A stretch of DNA of 63,536 bases, filler included, from Folioceros fuciformis (GCA_049999805.1; 22 parts of 22 records of this genome joined end to end with filler, not necessarily neighbours in it); one strand, 5' to 3'; counted from the first letter of the whole stretch, positions 38,642-50,368 are shown. Numbers and translations are program-made. The notes: generated from the letters alone by a model not told the origin.

Positions 38642-40063
38642 ATGCTCACGGTATTCGCAATGTCCACGCTTCCTGCACCGGTGCTGTTCCACCTCTGCCC
38701 CAGCTCCAGTGTCAGCTCCCGCCCCAGCTCCAGGTTCAGATCCTGCTCCATCTCCAGATACAGATCTTGCACCAGCTCCAGCTCGGCGAGGATTATGGCC
38801 TGCACCTGCGATTCTGCATCTGCTTGTCACCAGCGAGTGAGCGGAGATGGTAGGGTTGGGGTTCAGCAGCGGCTGAGGCGGGAGGCGCTACTAGGGCTTG
38901 CAACGGTGCTGGCTGCCGCTGGGATTCCACTGGCAGCATCAGAAGCAGGCACGGTGAGGCTCAGAGATGTGGAGAGCCAGGGGCTGCAGGAGGCGCTCAG
39001 GGCGGCTGTGGCAGGAGACTTCGCTTACGCCGACCAGCTCTTCACCAGGTTGCTGGTGCAGGAGCCGGAGAGTGCCAGCCTGTGGTCCAACCGCGGAAGC
39101 GTTAGGCTCTCTCTACAGAGGTACCAAGACGCCGCCGACGATTTCTCCACCGCAGTGCGCCTCGCTCCGCAAGCTCCAGTGCCGTTGCTGAACCGTGCCA
39201 TCGCCTACGAGGTCGCTACAGTCTTCTTACCTTTCGTTCTTCGGCTTGCAGTCTTCCTGGTGCCTTCTCTTCTCACGTTGCATCAGTGTACTGCAGGTTC
39301 TCGACTTGTCGTACCCCTGCTAATTTCATCGGCTGATCTGGTGGCCTGCTAGGCACTCGGACGTTACCAGGACGCCATCTCCGACTGCAAATTGGCCATT
39401 GCCAGCGATCCTAAAGTACTGCTCCTAGGAGCTTCCCTACACCCGCCGTCAGCCAGGGCTTCGATCATCTCACTCACCTCTTCGTGATGCAGGAGTATGC
39501 AGCCTGGTTCAATCTTGGTAACGTGCAAGTCCGCGTGAAGGATTACGACTCAGCCCTGACTTCGTATGCCAAGGCGTCAGCCCTGGCCCCTGGCATTGCC
39601 GGGTACAGGCTGAAGCAAGCAATGGTGCTGTTCGAGGTGAGGTAACCTCTATCTTCATCACTGCTAATCCCCGACTCCTGCCGCACGCTCTCACACTCTC
39701 TTCTGGCTTTCGGCTCTAAGCTCGATCGTCGCGAGGAGTCGAAAAAGCTGGTTCAAGGCCTTGTCAGGAAGTACCCTAACTACGGAGAAGCGCGTGCCGC
39801 ACTGGCTGCGGTTCTTTGGACCGAAGGCCAAAGAAGCCGAGCAGAGGAGGAGTTCCTACAAACGCAAGAACCAAGATATAATGATATTCGGTAATTAGTC
39901 TACCCCTTTATTACCTCCTCTATCCCCTTCCCCTGCCTTCTTCAGTAGCTTGTTTGCTGAGGCTCCTTCTACCTTGCCATCCTTCTGCAGGTGGTTGTCA
40001 ACAGAAATGCAATGGCTTCCTTCTATGGTCCGAGCCATGTCCGATTTTCTAACTATACAGTAA
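38642..40063 (+). CDS. Plastid (probably thylakoid-lumen) TPR protein. Exons 38642-39211, 39353-39415, 39493-39636, 39721-39890, 39991-40063.
   Basis: Ser-rich transit peptide, then RR-hydrophobic-AxA-like signal (LRREALLGLATVLAAAGIPLAASEA); TPR motifs LWSNRG, LLNRAIAYEALGRY, AWFNLGNV, LVRKYPNYGEARAALAAVLW; spliced frame ends in TAA at 40061-40063. The start could instead be the ATG at 38660. Confidence 0.88.
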
Positions 40064-40113
40064 AGACGACAGATGTAGACCACTTCAAAAAGTGCTACAC
40101 GTTAACCCCGCAA

Positions 40114-41220
40114 TTACTCACTGTCGTCACTCAAGTCCACAACAGTACATAGCCCTCGCCTCTGCTGCGGCCTCTTCTTCCTCGGCTCTACGTTGTCTTC
40201 CTCATCGCTACTCGCAATTCGTGTGGCCTTGAACCGGGAAGCGCTGCCTCTGCCGGTTCTGGAATTCTCCGTTGCAGGTGGTGTTGGGGAAGGAGAAGCT
40301 GCCAGGTTGTTGTCTGCAGGTTGGTCCTCTAAACCATCTCCATCCTTGGCTTCAGAAGCAGCATCATCATTTACTTCCGCATCAGCTCCATCCTTAAGTG
40401 GCTCTTCTCCGCCGGCAGGCGGAAGTGTCCCAGGGCTGCCATCGCTTCCGGATTCATTGAGAGTGTAGTTCTCAGGAAAAGTTGCATCGGCCATTGGGAC
40501 ATCGACGTCCTCAGCAGCAGCAGGGTCATCAGCAGCTGGAGCTTCGTCGGCTTCCCTCGACTGAATGCTTTCGGGTTCGAAGTCGGGTACCAAGCCGAGG
40601 AAGTTCTTGGCCAGGGTACCTGCATATCCATGGACTCGTTCTTCACGCCTCCAAACCTTGGCAAAGATCAGCACACGGATAATGCTGCCTTTGGTTATCT
40701 CGGAGCCATCTGCAATTTGAGGGTAGCCCCACGTCAAGATGTCATCAAAGCAAGGCGAGGAAGTAGCGGGTGAAATTGAGACGCAAGACTGTGCAGAAGC
40801 TCTGGAGGATGTACCTCTGCCCCTGAATGCATGGTAGGCAGTGTTGACTCCGGGCTTATACTCGAAGTCTGGCATCCTCGCCACTGGTAGGAAGACGCTA
40901 ATGGGGCCTGCGACGCAGTTGCAACCCTTGTTGCTGACAATGTCCACCTCCACCTCCAGCATCTCGCCTTGGTGCAGGTTGAGGACAATAGCATTGAACT
41001 CCACCCAGAACACCACGGAGCCGGTGTCGGCTCGGATGATGCCGTCGGTAATGCTCTTGATATTCCGCACACTTACGATGTGGCCGTGCTCCTCCGTGCA
41101 TGGAACCTTGTTCACGTTCTCCAGTAGGCGGCAAATGAGGTTTTTCTGGAAGAAAACGCCCTCCCCCAGCTCGTGCGGCTTCAGCAGCACCATCTGCCTT
41201 AGCGCCACCTCGAAGAACAT
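40114..41220 (-). CDS. NRPD7/NRPE7: RNA polymerase subunit 7 (RPB7 family), divergent Pol IV/V-type paralogue with an acidic C-terminal extension; probable intron at 40814-40710
   Basis: MFFEV.L..VLLKPHELG, RLL, HGHIVSV..I..G.IR.DTGSVVF.V.F, GEMLE..V..V...G....AGP..VFLP..RMPDFEYKPG, then I.KG..IRV.I and GTL..NFLGLV: the RPB7 SHS2 + S1/OB layout. The Pol IV/V assignment is inferred. Confidence 0.8.
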   Translation of the reverse strand: MFFEVALRQMVLLKPHELGEGVFFQKNLICRLLENVNKVPCTEEHGHIVSVRNIKSITDGIIRADTGSVVFWVEFNAIVLNLHQGEMLEVEVDIVSNKGCNCVAGPISVFLPVARMPDFEYKPGVNTAYHAFRGRGTSSRASAQSCVSISPATSSPCFDDILTWGYPQIADGSEITKGSIIRVLIFAKVWRREERVHGYAGTLAKNFLGLVPDFEPESIQSREADEAPAADDPAAAEDVDVPMADATFPENYTLNESGSDGSPGTLPPAGGEEPLKDGADAEVNDDAASEAKDGDGLEDQPADNNLAASPSPTPPATENSRTGRGSASRFKATRIASSDEEDNVEPRKKRPQQRRGLCTVVDLSDDSE

Positions 41221-41453
41221 GACAGCCGCCGTCCCCTTCTCTTCGATTCAAGCCAAGTCACCACCCGGCCACCCAGGCTTCAGTTTAGGAGCCTGCTGTC
41301 GTAGAGAAAAGCTGGCGACAACAGTGGGCAAATCACCCTAGCTCATGTCTGTCTCGTAAGTAAAGTTAGCGCTCTTACGCCCACTTCACCTACGGCTCCT
41401 CTCTGCACGTGGACGCATAGCATCGTCGCATCGCTGCTGCTGCAGTTGCAGGC

Positions 41454-42415
41454 ATGGCGATGGCGATGGCAGGGCGCGCTGCGCGCCAACTGATACCTGC
41501 CTCGGCCGCTGCGTCTTCTTCTTCTGCCAGGGCTACAGGACTGTCTGCATCCCGCTCTACTTCCCGCGGCATGGCGACTGGTGAGTCAGCTGTCTCGATT
41601 CTGCTCTTTACCTTGGTCCCGAACCCTCGTTTCCTGATTGCTTCGGCTGCTTGGAAGCCGAATGGCTGCACAGCCACTGCCACTGCTTGTGGTGCAGGAT
41701 CTGGTTATCCAGGAATGCTTGCTTCGGTAGCTCCGATTCAGCACATCCGCATGTTGTGACGGTGCTAATTCCGGATGAATGCTGCTCTTTGCGTCGCACC
41801 TTCTCCTCTCCTCTGTAAGGGATTGGTCACCGGAATGTGCTGAATTCGGCCAGCTAAATGCATCCTGTATACTAGAGAACGCAGGAATGGTGTGCGGATG
41901 TGATAGCTTTGTCTTGGGATTCCAGCGAGGTTAGGGTGAAAGTAGGCTGTCGATGTGCCTGCTTTGCGATGCTGGTTTTGTGTCACGGGGCTTTTTCCTG
42001 CCAGATGGATATCAGTCTACGAGGTTGAACTTGTGGATGATCCGCAAATGATCGGCTATAGCTCGACCTCAAAGAGATGGGATGTTTTGCGTCCGCGATT
42101 TGGTGCTTAACTCCACTTGTGTGCACTTGCAGGTCATCATGATGAGCCTCCCAAAGTCGACTTTTGGAAGGATCCCATGCACCCTCTGAAATGGAAGGAA
42201 GAACATGTGCGTGGTTGTTGTACCCTCTCTTTTTTTTGTTGTGTGTGGTTGGTTCAACAAATGGTTCCAGGCATATCGGTTGAGCTTTCTGACAGAGGCG
42301 TTTGGTGCAGTTTGTGCTAATATGCCTGGCAGGCTGGGGGTGCCTCATCTACGGCGGTAAGAAGGCATTTTCAGGAGGCGGTGGCAAGAAGCCTGAGAAT
42401 GCAGCTAAACACTGA
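41454..42415 (+). CDS. Small plant protein with a mitochondrial-type presequence and one transmembrane helix. Exons 41454-41580, 42133-42206, 42311-42415.
   Basis: Ala/Ser/Arg-rich N-terminus; spliced product GHHDEPPKVDFWKDPMHPLKWKEEH|FVLICLAGWGCLIYGGKKAF; canonical splice sites keep the frame. Confidence 0.8.
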
Positions 42416-43655
42416 GGGAACTGTGAGTGCATCAGCTGCCCCTCTCCTTTCCGGGTTGCCATCCGCTTTGATACGATGCCTGAACGTCCTTTATTGCAGC
42501 TGGAAACTCTGTGGCGTTGGGGGAAAAGGCGAGTCTTAACTGGTTCTCTCCCGTCATCCACATCAAGTGTGTGAAAATGCAGAGTGTATGAGGGGCAATG
42601 TTGGGGACTGTTCGTCAACTGTTTGGCAGGAAGGTTGGACCGTATTTTGACAACTCTGGAGTGGTAGTCACTTCATACATGCATCGATGTGCTCAAAAGC
42701 GAATAAAACGTTGGCTTGGAAGCATGTTGATGCTGGTGATTTTGTACTTGTTCCTGCCGTCGTTTTTGCCAAGTGATTCTGTGCTTGAGGTGAACTCTTG
42801 GAATTTCTGCCAAGGGTATTTTTTAAGATGATGTAGGATTTTATCCGATGAACAGTGCCTTGGGTCGTGTTCAACACTAGTTTGTGCGAATGACTTTCTC
42901 CGCGGCTTCTGTTACGCTTGTCATCTCCAGGCCTCCGTTCTTCTTGCCCGGTTTCGTTTCCTCTGCATCACCAAAAAAACTCAATCTCGGCTCGACCAGA
43001 TTCCCAGATAACAATTCTTCGGTTTACAGTCTGCATACCATGTACGCGGTTCGAGCTTGAGTGCTCCCGTGTTCTCTCAGCAGCGTACGGACTGCTTTAT
43101 GGACCTGAACAAGAGTTGAGCTCAGCTGGATCGTTTTTTCTGAAGCACAAGTACAGCCTGTTGGCGAACACGAACTTCACAAATCCTACCTTGTCCTCCA
43201 GCTGCTTGATATTTGGCTTAATGCGAGTTCCAGCACTTCCTAATCAACGGAGATCAGAACTGTTCATGAGGCCCATGTCGTATGAGCTCGTGCCCCCATT
43301 GCACTGGGTTGTTGATCACTGAACGCTCAAAGTTATGTTTCAGCCAAGCCTCTGAACTTCAACCACAGGTACTGCAGCTCATCAAGATAGTAGAGACACT
43401 GCAGCCAAACATGAATCATTCCACAGAGTGAGCTTTTCATGAGATGACAGGCGCATATGTCTAGCCATGGTGCACGGCACACTATACCTCTCGATGTTGC
43501 TGCATTGGACGAATAAGCACCTCCTGCCGGGGGGCCTGAGGATAGAAGTCAGGACCCCTCCATATCTGTGGAAAGGTTTGAGCCACAGTTGTAAAGGAGA
43601 CTGTGTCGCGGAAGGGGGGCTGCACAATTGCAGTAAAGCTGAATGTGCACCCTAC

Positions 43656-46600
43656 CTGGACATGTCGAGTTGAAGGCACCTTTGAAGTGGTCGCATGGGG
43701 CCTCCCCACCGCAGGAACCACCCTTCTATCTGGCTGAATTGACTGCAACGTCTTTGTTGATTTTCCCTTCAGCTTCCTCCCGCTGTGGCTCGTCATGGCA
43801 TCACCCTCAGAAAAAAATCCATCCTCGTCGAACCTGCTGGTCGGTGGATGGGACTCAAGACCGATGTAATGACCATGCGATGGCGATTCTGCAGGCTGAT
43901 ACACATCTAGGTCTTGTTCTGATTGTACTAGAAGATCGTTCTCTGCTTTGAGCCTTTGCAGAGAAGTTTCTAAAGCTTTTCTTTCTGTCTGCATCAGCTG
44001 TTCGATTGCCAATCTTGAAATATCAAGTTGAGCCTGAAACAGTTCAGCTGCATTGCCCTGTCGTGCTTGTCCTCGATGTGATTCTTCTACGTGCCCTTCT
44101 CCCTGCTCTGACCCTTTCAACTGCTCCAGTTCACTCAAAGCGTCCTCCAATCGGGATTCTAGAACCTTTTCCCGTTCCTTTGAGGCACGACATTGGTCAA
44201 CCAGCTCCTGCACCCTAGAATCAAACTCTGCTTTTATCGCTGATGCCTCCACAGAAGCTAGCCTCACCAGTTCTTGCATCTGTCTCATCTTGTCCTTCCA
44301 GACCAGTTCTTCTGACCGGAGTTCTGTCGCTTCTTCGATTGCTTGACGAGCTCTTCGCTCCTTCTCACTAACCTCACCCCTCAGGCTCTCCAAGTGTCGA
44401 TTTTCTGTACGTAACTCCCTGATCAAGTCTTCAGCCTGGCTGGCTCTCAGCTCATGCTGATCTACTGCAGCCAGCAGCGTTTCAACCTTTTTACCAAGAT
44501 GATGCTCCATGTTTTCTTTACTCTTCTTCAGCTCTTCAATTTCCGCTTCCAGCGCTCTTGTATCCCCATCACCATGCGTGAGACTGGACCGTTCAGAACG
44601 CATCGATTGCAGCTCTGACTTGAGTCCGTCTCTCTCGTCTGATATTTGTACAACCTGAGACTCTAAACGAACTACCGTTTGCAAGAGTTGAAGATTGTCT
44701 TCTTCAATATCTCTAAGATTCTTGTTCTCGTCGTTCTCACTGGAATACGGTTGTGCACTCGTAGGAGATGTTCCTTTGTTGCAACGATCATTCTCCTGTG
44801 CTAGCAACTCAAGTTTCCTCTCAAGTTCAGAAACAGTCAACGAGAGCTGTGCGTTGCCATCTTCGAATTCCTTCAGTTGGCTCTCAAGGTCAGCGTTGCT
44901 TTGACCCAGGGCTAGAGCAGTTGTCTCAACTCTCATTTTTGCACTGAGATGAATCTCGACCTGTTTCTTCAATTCATCTAGCTCCTGTTTCACTCGTATG
45001 CTTTCAGCTTTGTGCTTGTCCCTCTCAGCAGCCAACGACAAGATCTGCCCCTCGAGTTTGTCATGGATATCAAGGAATCGGGCATGTTCCTTTTCGAAAG
45101 CCCCTAGACGATTCTGCAGTGGATAGTCTGACCTTCCTGATTCTGGATTCACTTCTACATGAGTAGCCTCAATTGCCTTCCCTTCCCCAGAACGTTCACC
45201 ACCTTCAGAAGGCAGCAAAATGGGATCTGGTTGATAGGCTGAATCAAGTTCTTTCTCAAAAACCTGCATTTTGCTCTCCAGACCAGCTCTTGCTTTTTTC
45301 AAATTCTCAACTCTACTCTCTATCGCCGAATCAAAGGCCGCTAACTGCATCCGCAACGTATCTACTTGTGACGTGCTTCGTCTCCTCTCTTCATGGGACT
45401 GCTGAAGCTGAGCCTCCAGTTCATCCCTCGTTTCCTCGACTTCACGTATCTTTGATTCCATTCGTTCAACTTTTTCTACCTGTGCTATTAGTTCGTCACG
45501 CAGTTCACGAATCTGAGATTTGCTCACACGACCCTCCTCTTGAGCTTCCACTAGCTGCCTTTCTGTCAACTCGTCGTTAGGGTGCACGTTCATAACCAAA
45601 GAAACGTGATGGTGTGGTTGATCGCCTAGCTCTTCTATCTGTTTTTTGTGAGCAGCCAGCTCATTCCGAGCCTGAATGAGATCTGTGGATAACTCTTTCT
45701 TCTCCCCTGCCAAAGACGCCAATTGCTTCTCCAGCCTGGAAATGACATCTAGAAACCGTTTGTTCTCTTTCTCAAATTCTTTGAACCTCAATTCTGAAGA
45801 ACCTTGTCTCTCAGTGTTATCATCAGATGCGTCGCAAAGCGCATGGCTATCTGTATCCACAAGGTCTAGGTGAATGTTAAGCTCACGTAACCTACTCTCC
45901 AGTGCAGCTCGTGCTGTCCGCAGTTCGGCAACTGCATTGTCAATCTCACGATCAAATGCCGCTATCCTCAACTGTGCGACATCAAGATGGGAAACACTTT
46001 GTCTCTTCTCTTCATCTGACTGGATCAGCTGGTTCTCCAGCTTATTTCTTGTGGTTTCAAGCTCATCAACTTTGGTCTCCATTTCTTGAATTCTCGAAAT
46101 TTGGGAAGTGAGCTGAACTTGGAGCAGCTGAGCCTGAGACTTGCTCAGTGTACCTTCTTCTTGGGCTTTTTGTAGCTGTCTTTCAAGCGCTTCATCCCGG
46201 GATTCTATATTCATTGTCAATGAAACTCGAGGATGATGACGAAGCTCTTCCATTTCATTCTTGCAGTTTTGCAGTTCAAGTCGACAATGTGAAAGCTGAG
46301 AGGCAAGTTCCCCCTTCTCTTGAGACACGGTGACCATCTGCTTCTCTAACCTGGATAAAATGCTCAAAGACCTCGCGTTCTCAGTTTTCAACGCTTCCAA
46401 TCGACGATCCAAGCTGGTCACACTAGGATGCTCAGGATCGTCACCAGAATCACCCTCCAAAAGATCATCAAAATTCAGGTCTATTCCAATTTCTTTTAGC
46501 CTCCTCTCCAGTGAAGCTCGTGCATTCTGTAGATCTTCAACTCTGGATTCTATCTCCTTGTCAACTGCTGCAAGTCGTATCTGCAACATGTCGCCACGAG

Positions 46601-46696
46601 AGACGCTCTGCCTTCTTTCATCATGCGACTGCACTAGCTGCTCTTCTAGTTTGTTTCTCAGAGTTTCAAGCTCTTCAACCCTTGATCCAATTTCCT
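43656..46696 (-). CDS. Large coiled-coil protein: one exon of >3 kb with ~205-aa internal repeats; 5'-truncated; further small exons likely down to ~42910
   Basis: About 1000 open codons rich in E/L/Q/R/K heptads; donor CAG|GTAGGG at 43655. Confidence 0.85.
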
Positions 46697-46796
46697 NNNN
46701 NNNNNNNNNNNNNNNNNNNNNNNNNNNNNNNNNNNNNNNNTTAATTAATTAANNNNNNNNNNNNNNNNNNNNNNNNNNNNNNNNNNNNNNNNNNNN

Positions 46797-47430
46797 ACAA
46801 GGTGATTGCTAAGGTATTGGCTAACCGAATCACTCCATTTCTTTGATGATTGGATTGAGAAAGAGTAGCAAGGGTTCATTCAAAATAGGTGCATCCTAGA
46901 CAACGTCCTACTCCTGAAGGAAGCTAAGTACAACACCCAGGTACAGAAGCCGTTTTCATTTCCCTTGATTTTTACAAGGCGTATGATTCAGTTGAGTGGC
47001 ACTTCATGTGGCGATGCTTGCGTATTTTCGGGTTCGGGAATAACTTCTGCAGATGGATAGCCATTCTATATGAAGACGCAGGTGCCAAGGTGTCTGTTAA
47101 TGAATCTTTTACGGAGCGCCTTGGGGAACCCCCTCAGTGTATTAACCACATCAAGCAAGTGACCTTGGGCTTTATCCACAAGTATTTGGGACTTCCTTTT
47201 CAAAAGGGAGAGGAGAATGGGGAGATTGGGAAGTATGTCTGCCTCAGGTTCATTCGCAAAGTGGCTAGTTTACAATTGCTAGAGCTCAACTTGGCAGGTA
47301 GACTGGTGGTGATCAACCATATTCTTATTGCCTCTTTATGGTACTTTCTGTTTTTGTGGGTGCCTTCTAAGACAGAGGTGAAGCGCTTACAACAGGTGCT
47401 GACCTCTTTCCTGTGGAAGCGTAGTTAGAA
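46797..47430 (+). mobile_element. Degenerate LINE (L1/Tx1-type) reverse transcriptase fragment with an internal deletion
   Basis: KVIAKVLANRI, QGFIQNRCILDNV, LDFYKAYDSVEW.F, then KYLGLPF and LNLAGRLVVIN; stops and frameshifts present; QG.PLSP and YADD motifs absent. Confidence 0.9.
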
Positions 47431-47452
47431 TATAAGGCAGACCACGTGGTTC

Positions 47453-48220
47453 TGTATCACGTTGGTTAGTCCAACTAGACCTAGTTATAAGTGCAGTTAG
47501 TTAACTGGCGGGCTAGTTATAGGACGCACCCCTTCGTAAACTGCTATTTAAGGCCTACCTTTGTATCCACCTATTCAGTTGCTAATAGATCATCTTCGAT
47601 GCATCTGCTTCTGCGTTAACAATTCTAACTTGGTATCAGAGCTACGGCTCACATGGTTACTGATCATGGCTAGAAAGATGTTGTTGAGTTTGCGCAAGAT
47701 CTCTGGGGAGATCTCTGGATCTCTTAGGATGTTTAATAGAAAGTTGCTTTTAATTAAATCTGCAGATCAACAGGTTTAGATTAGAGTAGCAAGCTTCTCT
47801 ATACATTCTACTTTCAGAATAGAATGTTCTGATATAAAAATCCACGAAAATGATATTGTTGATCGATCCCCCACCTCAGTACTGATTCTACCCCTGGTCA
47901 CTTAACTTCAGAGTTTTGATGTGGAGTGGGTTACTTACCCGACTCATACCTCAGGACGTTATACACTTGGTTTGGTATAAAGATATGAAGAGGCAAACGC
48001 CGTAAAAATGACTTTAATTTTCGCGGAGAGGCTCGCGGCCTCTCCCTCTTCGCGCTTTGTTCACATGCGCGACGCGAGATAATTGTCTTGGGGGCAATTC
48101 TTCTCAATCTCTCCAATCAGATCACCATGGCAAGAACTCGCAAGAGATCTCAACGTCCAGGCTCACGGTCTCAGAGGCAAACTAGGCCTCAACCTAATAG
48201 AATTGCAATTGGATCAGGCA
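47453..48220 (+). mobile_element. 5' end of an LTR retrotransposon: short putative LTR (~47453-47630), tRNA-iMet primer-binding site, decayed internal sequence
   Basis: TGGTATCAGAGC at 47631-47642; TGT start at 47453; TATTTAA box near 47545. Confidence 0.7.
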
Positions 48221-48320
48221 NNNNNNNNNNNNNNNNNNNNNNNNNNNNNNNNNNNNNNNNNNNNTTAATTAATTAANNNNNNNNNNNNNNNNNNNNNNNN
48301 NNNNNNNNNNNNNNNNNNNN

Positions 48321-49628
48321 TAACTACGCATGCGAGATTGCAGGCGTTGGTGATGTGCAGTTGAAGTTCGACAAAGGATCTTCATTCGTACTGAAGGATG
48401 TTAGGCATGTTTCCAAGTTGGCTAAGAGCATGATTAGTGCAGGGCAGTTGGATGACGCTGGCTACCACTGTTGGTTTGAAGATCGTTCTTGGAAGATCTC
48501 CAAAGGTTCTCTTGTGTTAGCTCGTGGATTGAAGTGTGGCACTTTGTACTCACTTCAGGTAACCACTGTCAAGGATCATGTGATTTGTGCAACGAAATAG
48601 CCAAGTGTTTCCTTGTGGCATAGTCGGTGTTTCCTTGTGGCATTCTCAAAAAGGAATGAAGATACTATCTCGTTTTGGTTACGTCCCTGCTTTTGACTTC
48701 TCCGATTTCTCCGTGTGTGAGCACTGTCTGTATGGGAAACAGACAAAGTCACCACATGAAGCAAGAGGTAAATAGAAAAGTAAACCTCTTGAGTTGGTTC
48801 ACAGTGACGTCTGTGGACCTATGCCCACTGTATCGTTAGGCGGTGCGTCCTATTTTGTCACTTTCATAGATGATTTCTCACGCAAGGTGTGGGTTTATCC
48901 TTTGAGGAAAAAGGATGATGTTCTGACAGTGTTTCAGAAGTTCGTCACCCTTGTGGAGAATCAGTCTGGCCTGCGACTGAAATGTCTAAGGACAGAGAAT
49001 GGGGGAGAGTATGTTTCGAAGGCTTTTCAGTCTTTCTGTGATTCCAAGGGAATCAGGAGAGAATTGATTGCCCCGTACACTCCTCCCCAGAATGGTGTGG
49101 CCGAACGGATGAACATGACCATCCAGGAGAGGATGCGTAGTTTGTTGTTAAACTTTGGATTGCCTACTCCAATTGTGGAGGTGCGACGGGTAGTTTTCCA
49201 AGAAGATGGACTTGACCGTCCTGCGCAGGTTGAACGTCGTGATGTGCAGGAACAAGTTCCTCCACTTGTACAAGAAGCGAGAGGGCAACCAGCTCCGGTC
49301 GAGGGGCCAGTACTCCGTAGGTCAGGAAGGATCTCACGTCCTCCTGACAAGTATGTTGCATCTCTTGATTATGTCATGTTGACGGATTGTGGGGAGCCCT
49401 CTTGTTACCAAGAGGCCATGTCAGTGAATGACAAGGACAAGTGGAAGAAAGTGATGCAGTCGCAGATGGATTCGCTCCATAAGAACCAAACTTGGGAGTT
49501 GGTTCGGGTTCCTAAGGGCAAGAAGGCGTTGCCATGCAAATGGGTGTATAAGATGAAGGACATACCCCATTATGGCAAACCCAAGTACAAGGCACGATTG
49601 GTTGCGAAGGGTTTTAAGCAACAGCAAG
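48321..49628 (+). mobile_element. Ty1/copia pol fragment (end of protease, pre-integrase, integrase core, start of RT), degenerate
   Basis: LKDVRHV..L.KSMISAGQLD, CEHCLYGKQ, LVHSDVCGP, YFVTFIDDFSRKVWVY, NGGEY, PYTPPQNGVAERMN, EPSCYQEA, NQTWELV..PKGKKALPCKWVYK, YKARLVAKGF; internal stops and a deletion after LLNFGLP. Confidence 0.96.
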
Positions 49629-50081
49629 NNNNNNNNNNNNNNNNNNNNNNNNNNNNNNNNNNNNNNNNNNNNTTAATTAATTAANNNNNNNNNNNNNNNN
49701 NNNNNNNNNNNNNNNNNNNNNNNNNNNNCCTCGTCGTGATCGATGTCTTGCTATTTAGGGCGGCGGCTGTCACCCGCCGCAACGGTCGCCTGTCATTTGT
49801 TTTGGAGCCTTCTTCTCAGTTCTGGGACATCTGGATGGTCTGAGGTCCCTGTGGAACCAGGACATCTCCGATTCCATCGCCCTCGTCGGAAATACGAGTT
49901 TAAACGTATGCATGTAGTATGTCCTGGGGCAAGTCCCGTTTACCCTATTCTACTCGTCCACTTCAGAGTTCGGATATCAAATTATATGTCCGTAATGAGA
50001 CTGATCTTCCGCCTCATCTAACTTCAATCCCAATCCAACTTTGACCCCTCTCTTATCCACATTCTTGGTCTATGAACATTA

Positions 50082-50368
50082 GTTTCATTATGGGTGATAA
50101 TATAATGTTAACTATACATACCTATTTCAATAACCCACCACTTCGACTTCTCCACAACCGTCTACAGCCCAGGTGGGTTGGTGGGTTATTCATCTCATCT
50201 CATCTCATCTCAAAAGTGGTGTTCGATAGGTTTCATTATGGGTGATAATGTAATGTTAACTATACATATCTATTTCAATGACCCACCACTTCCACTTCTC
50301 CAGAAACGTCTACAGCCCAGGTGGGTTGGTGGGTTGTTCATCTCATCTCAAAAGTGGTGTCCGATAGT
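50082..50368. repeat. ~148-bp tandem duplication
   Basis: GTTTCATTATGGGTGATAAT...CAGCCCAGGTGGGTTGGTGGGTT...AAAGTGGTGT at 50082 and 50230. Confidence 0.9.

Noticed and set aside
41581..42132. Unusually long 552-bp intron as a possible snoRNA host
   Set aside because: I could not identify a convincing box C/D or H/ACA pair with a terminal stem.
43643..46752. Many + strand ORFs opposite the coiled-coil gene, and similar shadows opposite other genes
   Set aside because: Antisense shadows of the real coding frames.
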